Shown here: positions 63,102 through 64,000 of the stretch, one piece after another
Layout: each line of letters opens with the position of its first letter
Numbering within the stretch: the stretch's first letter is position 1
Source: Candidatus Atelocyanobacterium thalassae
GTDB lineage: Bacteria; Cyanobacteriota; Cyanobacteriia; Cyanobacteriales; Microcystaceae
NCBI GenBank assembly: GCA_051971635.1
Contig: JBFPLN010000001.1
Span: forward strand, 96,001 to 160,000
Reading direction: 5' to 3'
Length of the DNA: 64,000 nucleotides
Notes under the pieces: model-generated
Told to the model about the DNA's origin: nothing
The model's database searches: none
What the model saw: only the letters and a program-made list of their open reading frames with translations
Translations under genes and position numbers: made by a program

Positions 63102-64000
63102 ATGAATTTTGCTCATTGGACTGGTTTTGTTGTCTTATCATTTTCTTTTTATATCATATGGAAAGTTAGACAGTTACTAATCTTATTATTTACAGCAATT
63201 ATTATTGCTAATCTTCTAAATCACGGAGTCCAAGCCTTACAAAGATTGGGTATTAAGCGTTTTTATTCAGTCTTATTACTTATAATATTTTCAATTGTAA
63301 TATTATTACAATTTTTTCTATATATATTTTATCCTTCTTCTGAACAATTTCCAGAGTTATTTTTGTTAGTTTCTCAAGGTATTGATAGATTAACTGCTCC
63401 TCTTCATGATTTCGTACTACAGCTTGATCCAGAACTAACTAAAACACTTCCAAGCCTTGATAAAGTTATTGAACAGCTACATCCGCTATTTCAGAAAATT
63501 GCTGGACAAGGACTATCTGTATTTTATACAACCTTAGGAATTCCTTTAACACTCCTACTGCTGCTGATATTAAGTTTGATGTTACTAGTTAATCCCATTG
63601 CATATAGACAAAGTTTTATTAGACTATTTCCATTTTTTTATAGATCAAGGATAAATTTAGCTTTGACAAAATGTGATCTTCTCCTCAAGGGCGAATTGAT
63701 AGCTTTATTGTTTAGAATGATTATGATTTTCATTTTGGCTTTGACTGGATTATCAATCTTAAAAATACCTTTGAGTTTTACTCAGGCAGTTTTGATAATG
63801 ATATTAACTTTATTTCCTAATATTGGACCAATATTAAGCTTTATACCGCCAATGGCCATAGCTTCATTGGAGACTCCACTTAAATCCCTAATCGTTTTGT
63901 TTATTTTTATCTTTTTTTATTTAATTATCAGACAGATAGAGAATAAGATTATTACACCTTTAATAATTAAAGATAGAATATCCCTACCTCCAGGATTTAT
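63102..64000 (+). CDS. AI-2E family transporter (truncated by window end; not in ORF track)
   Basis: Manual translation MNFAHWTGFVVLSFSFYIIWKVRQLLILLFTAIIIA...LMLLVNPIAYRQSFIRLFP...FPNIGP...IENKIITPL. Confidence 0.88.
   Translation, partial: MNFAHWTGFVVLSFSFYIIWKVRQLLILLFTAIIIANLLNHGVQALQRLGIKRFYSVLLLIIFSIVILLQFFLYIFYPSSEQFPELFLLVSQGIDRLTAPLHDFVLQLDPELTKTLPSLDKVIEQLHPLFQKIAGQGLSVFYTTLGIPLTLLLLLILSLMLLVNPIAYRQSFIRLFPFFYRSRINLALTKCDLLLKGELIALLFRMIMIFILALTGLSILKIPLSFTQAVLIMILTLFPNIGPILSFIPPMAIASLETPLKSLIVLFIFIFFYLIIRQIENKIITPLIIKDRISLPPGF

Overview
This is an AT-rich (roughly 30% GC by eye, not computed), gene-dense window from a unicellular cyanobacterium. Its hallmarks fit a reduced endosymbiont genome, most plausibly UCYN-A/'Ca. 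Atelocyanobacterium thalassa' (inference). It keeps chlD, hypE, ftrV, CRR7 and ycf46/ycf35, shows almost no HIP1 and no IS elements, and several conserved operons have lost partners. Contents: the end of the ribosomal superoperon (secY-adk-infA-rpmJ-rpsM-rpsK-rpoA-rplQ-truA-rplM-rpsI-rpmE-prfA), tRNA modification/processing genes (tsaE, rnz, miaB), tig, htpG, smpB, era, envelope genes (SpoIID/LytB, murJ, LysM-M23), sugar transport (ABC binding protein, SemiSWEET), fabZ, hypE, yggS/pipY, cofG, gshA, pepA, chlD, upp, three RRM RNA-binding proteins, an FkbM + two GT-C-like membrane protein cluster, and three tRNAs (Met-CAT, Asn-GTT, Arg-TCT). Most notable: (1) an RNA-centred locus at 24.8-26.5 kb with a duplicated, diverged RRM paralogue that lost its 5'UTR switch boxes, a candidate ~120-nt branched structured RNA, a canonical rbp and an unannotated 55-aa basic protein; (2) a membrane Fe-S protein fused to a calmodulin-like EF-hand domain; (3) a SpoIID gene whose signal peptide is cut off by an A11 frameshift; (4) orphaned fabZ and pipY; (5) a upp with eroded catalytic motifs; (6) long perfect AT-rich palindromes.
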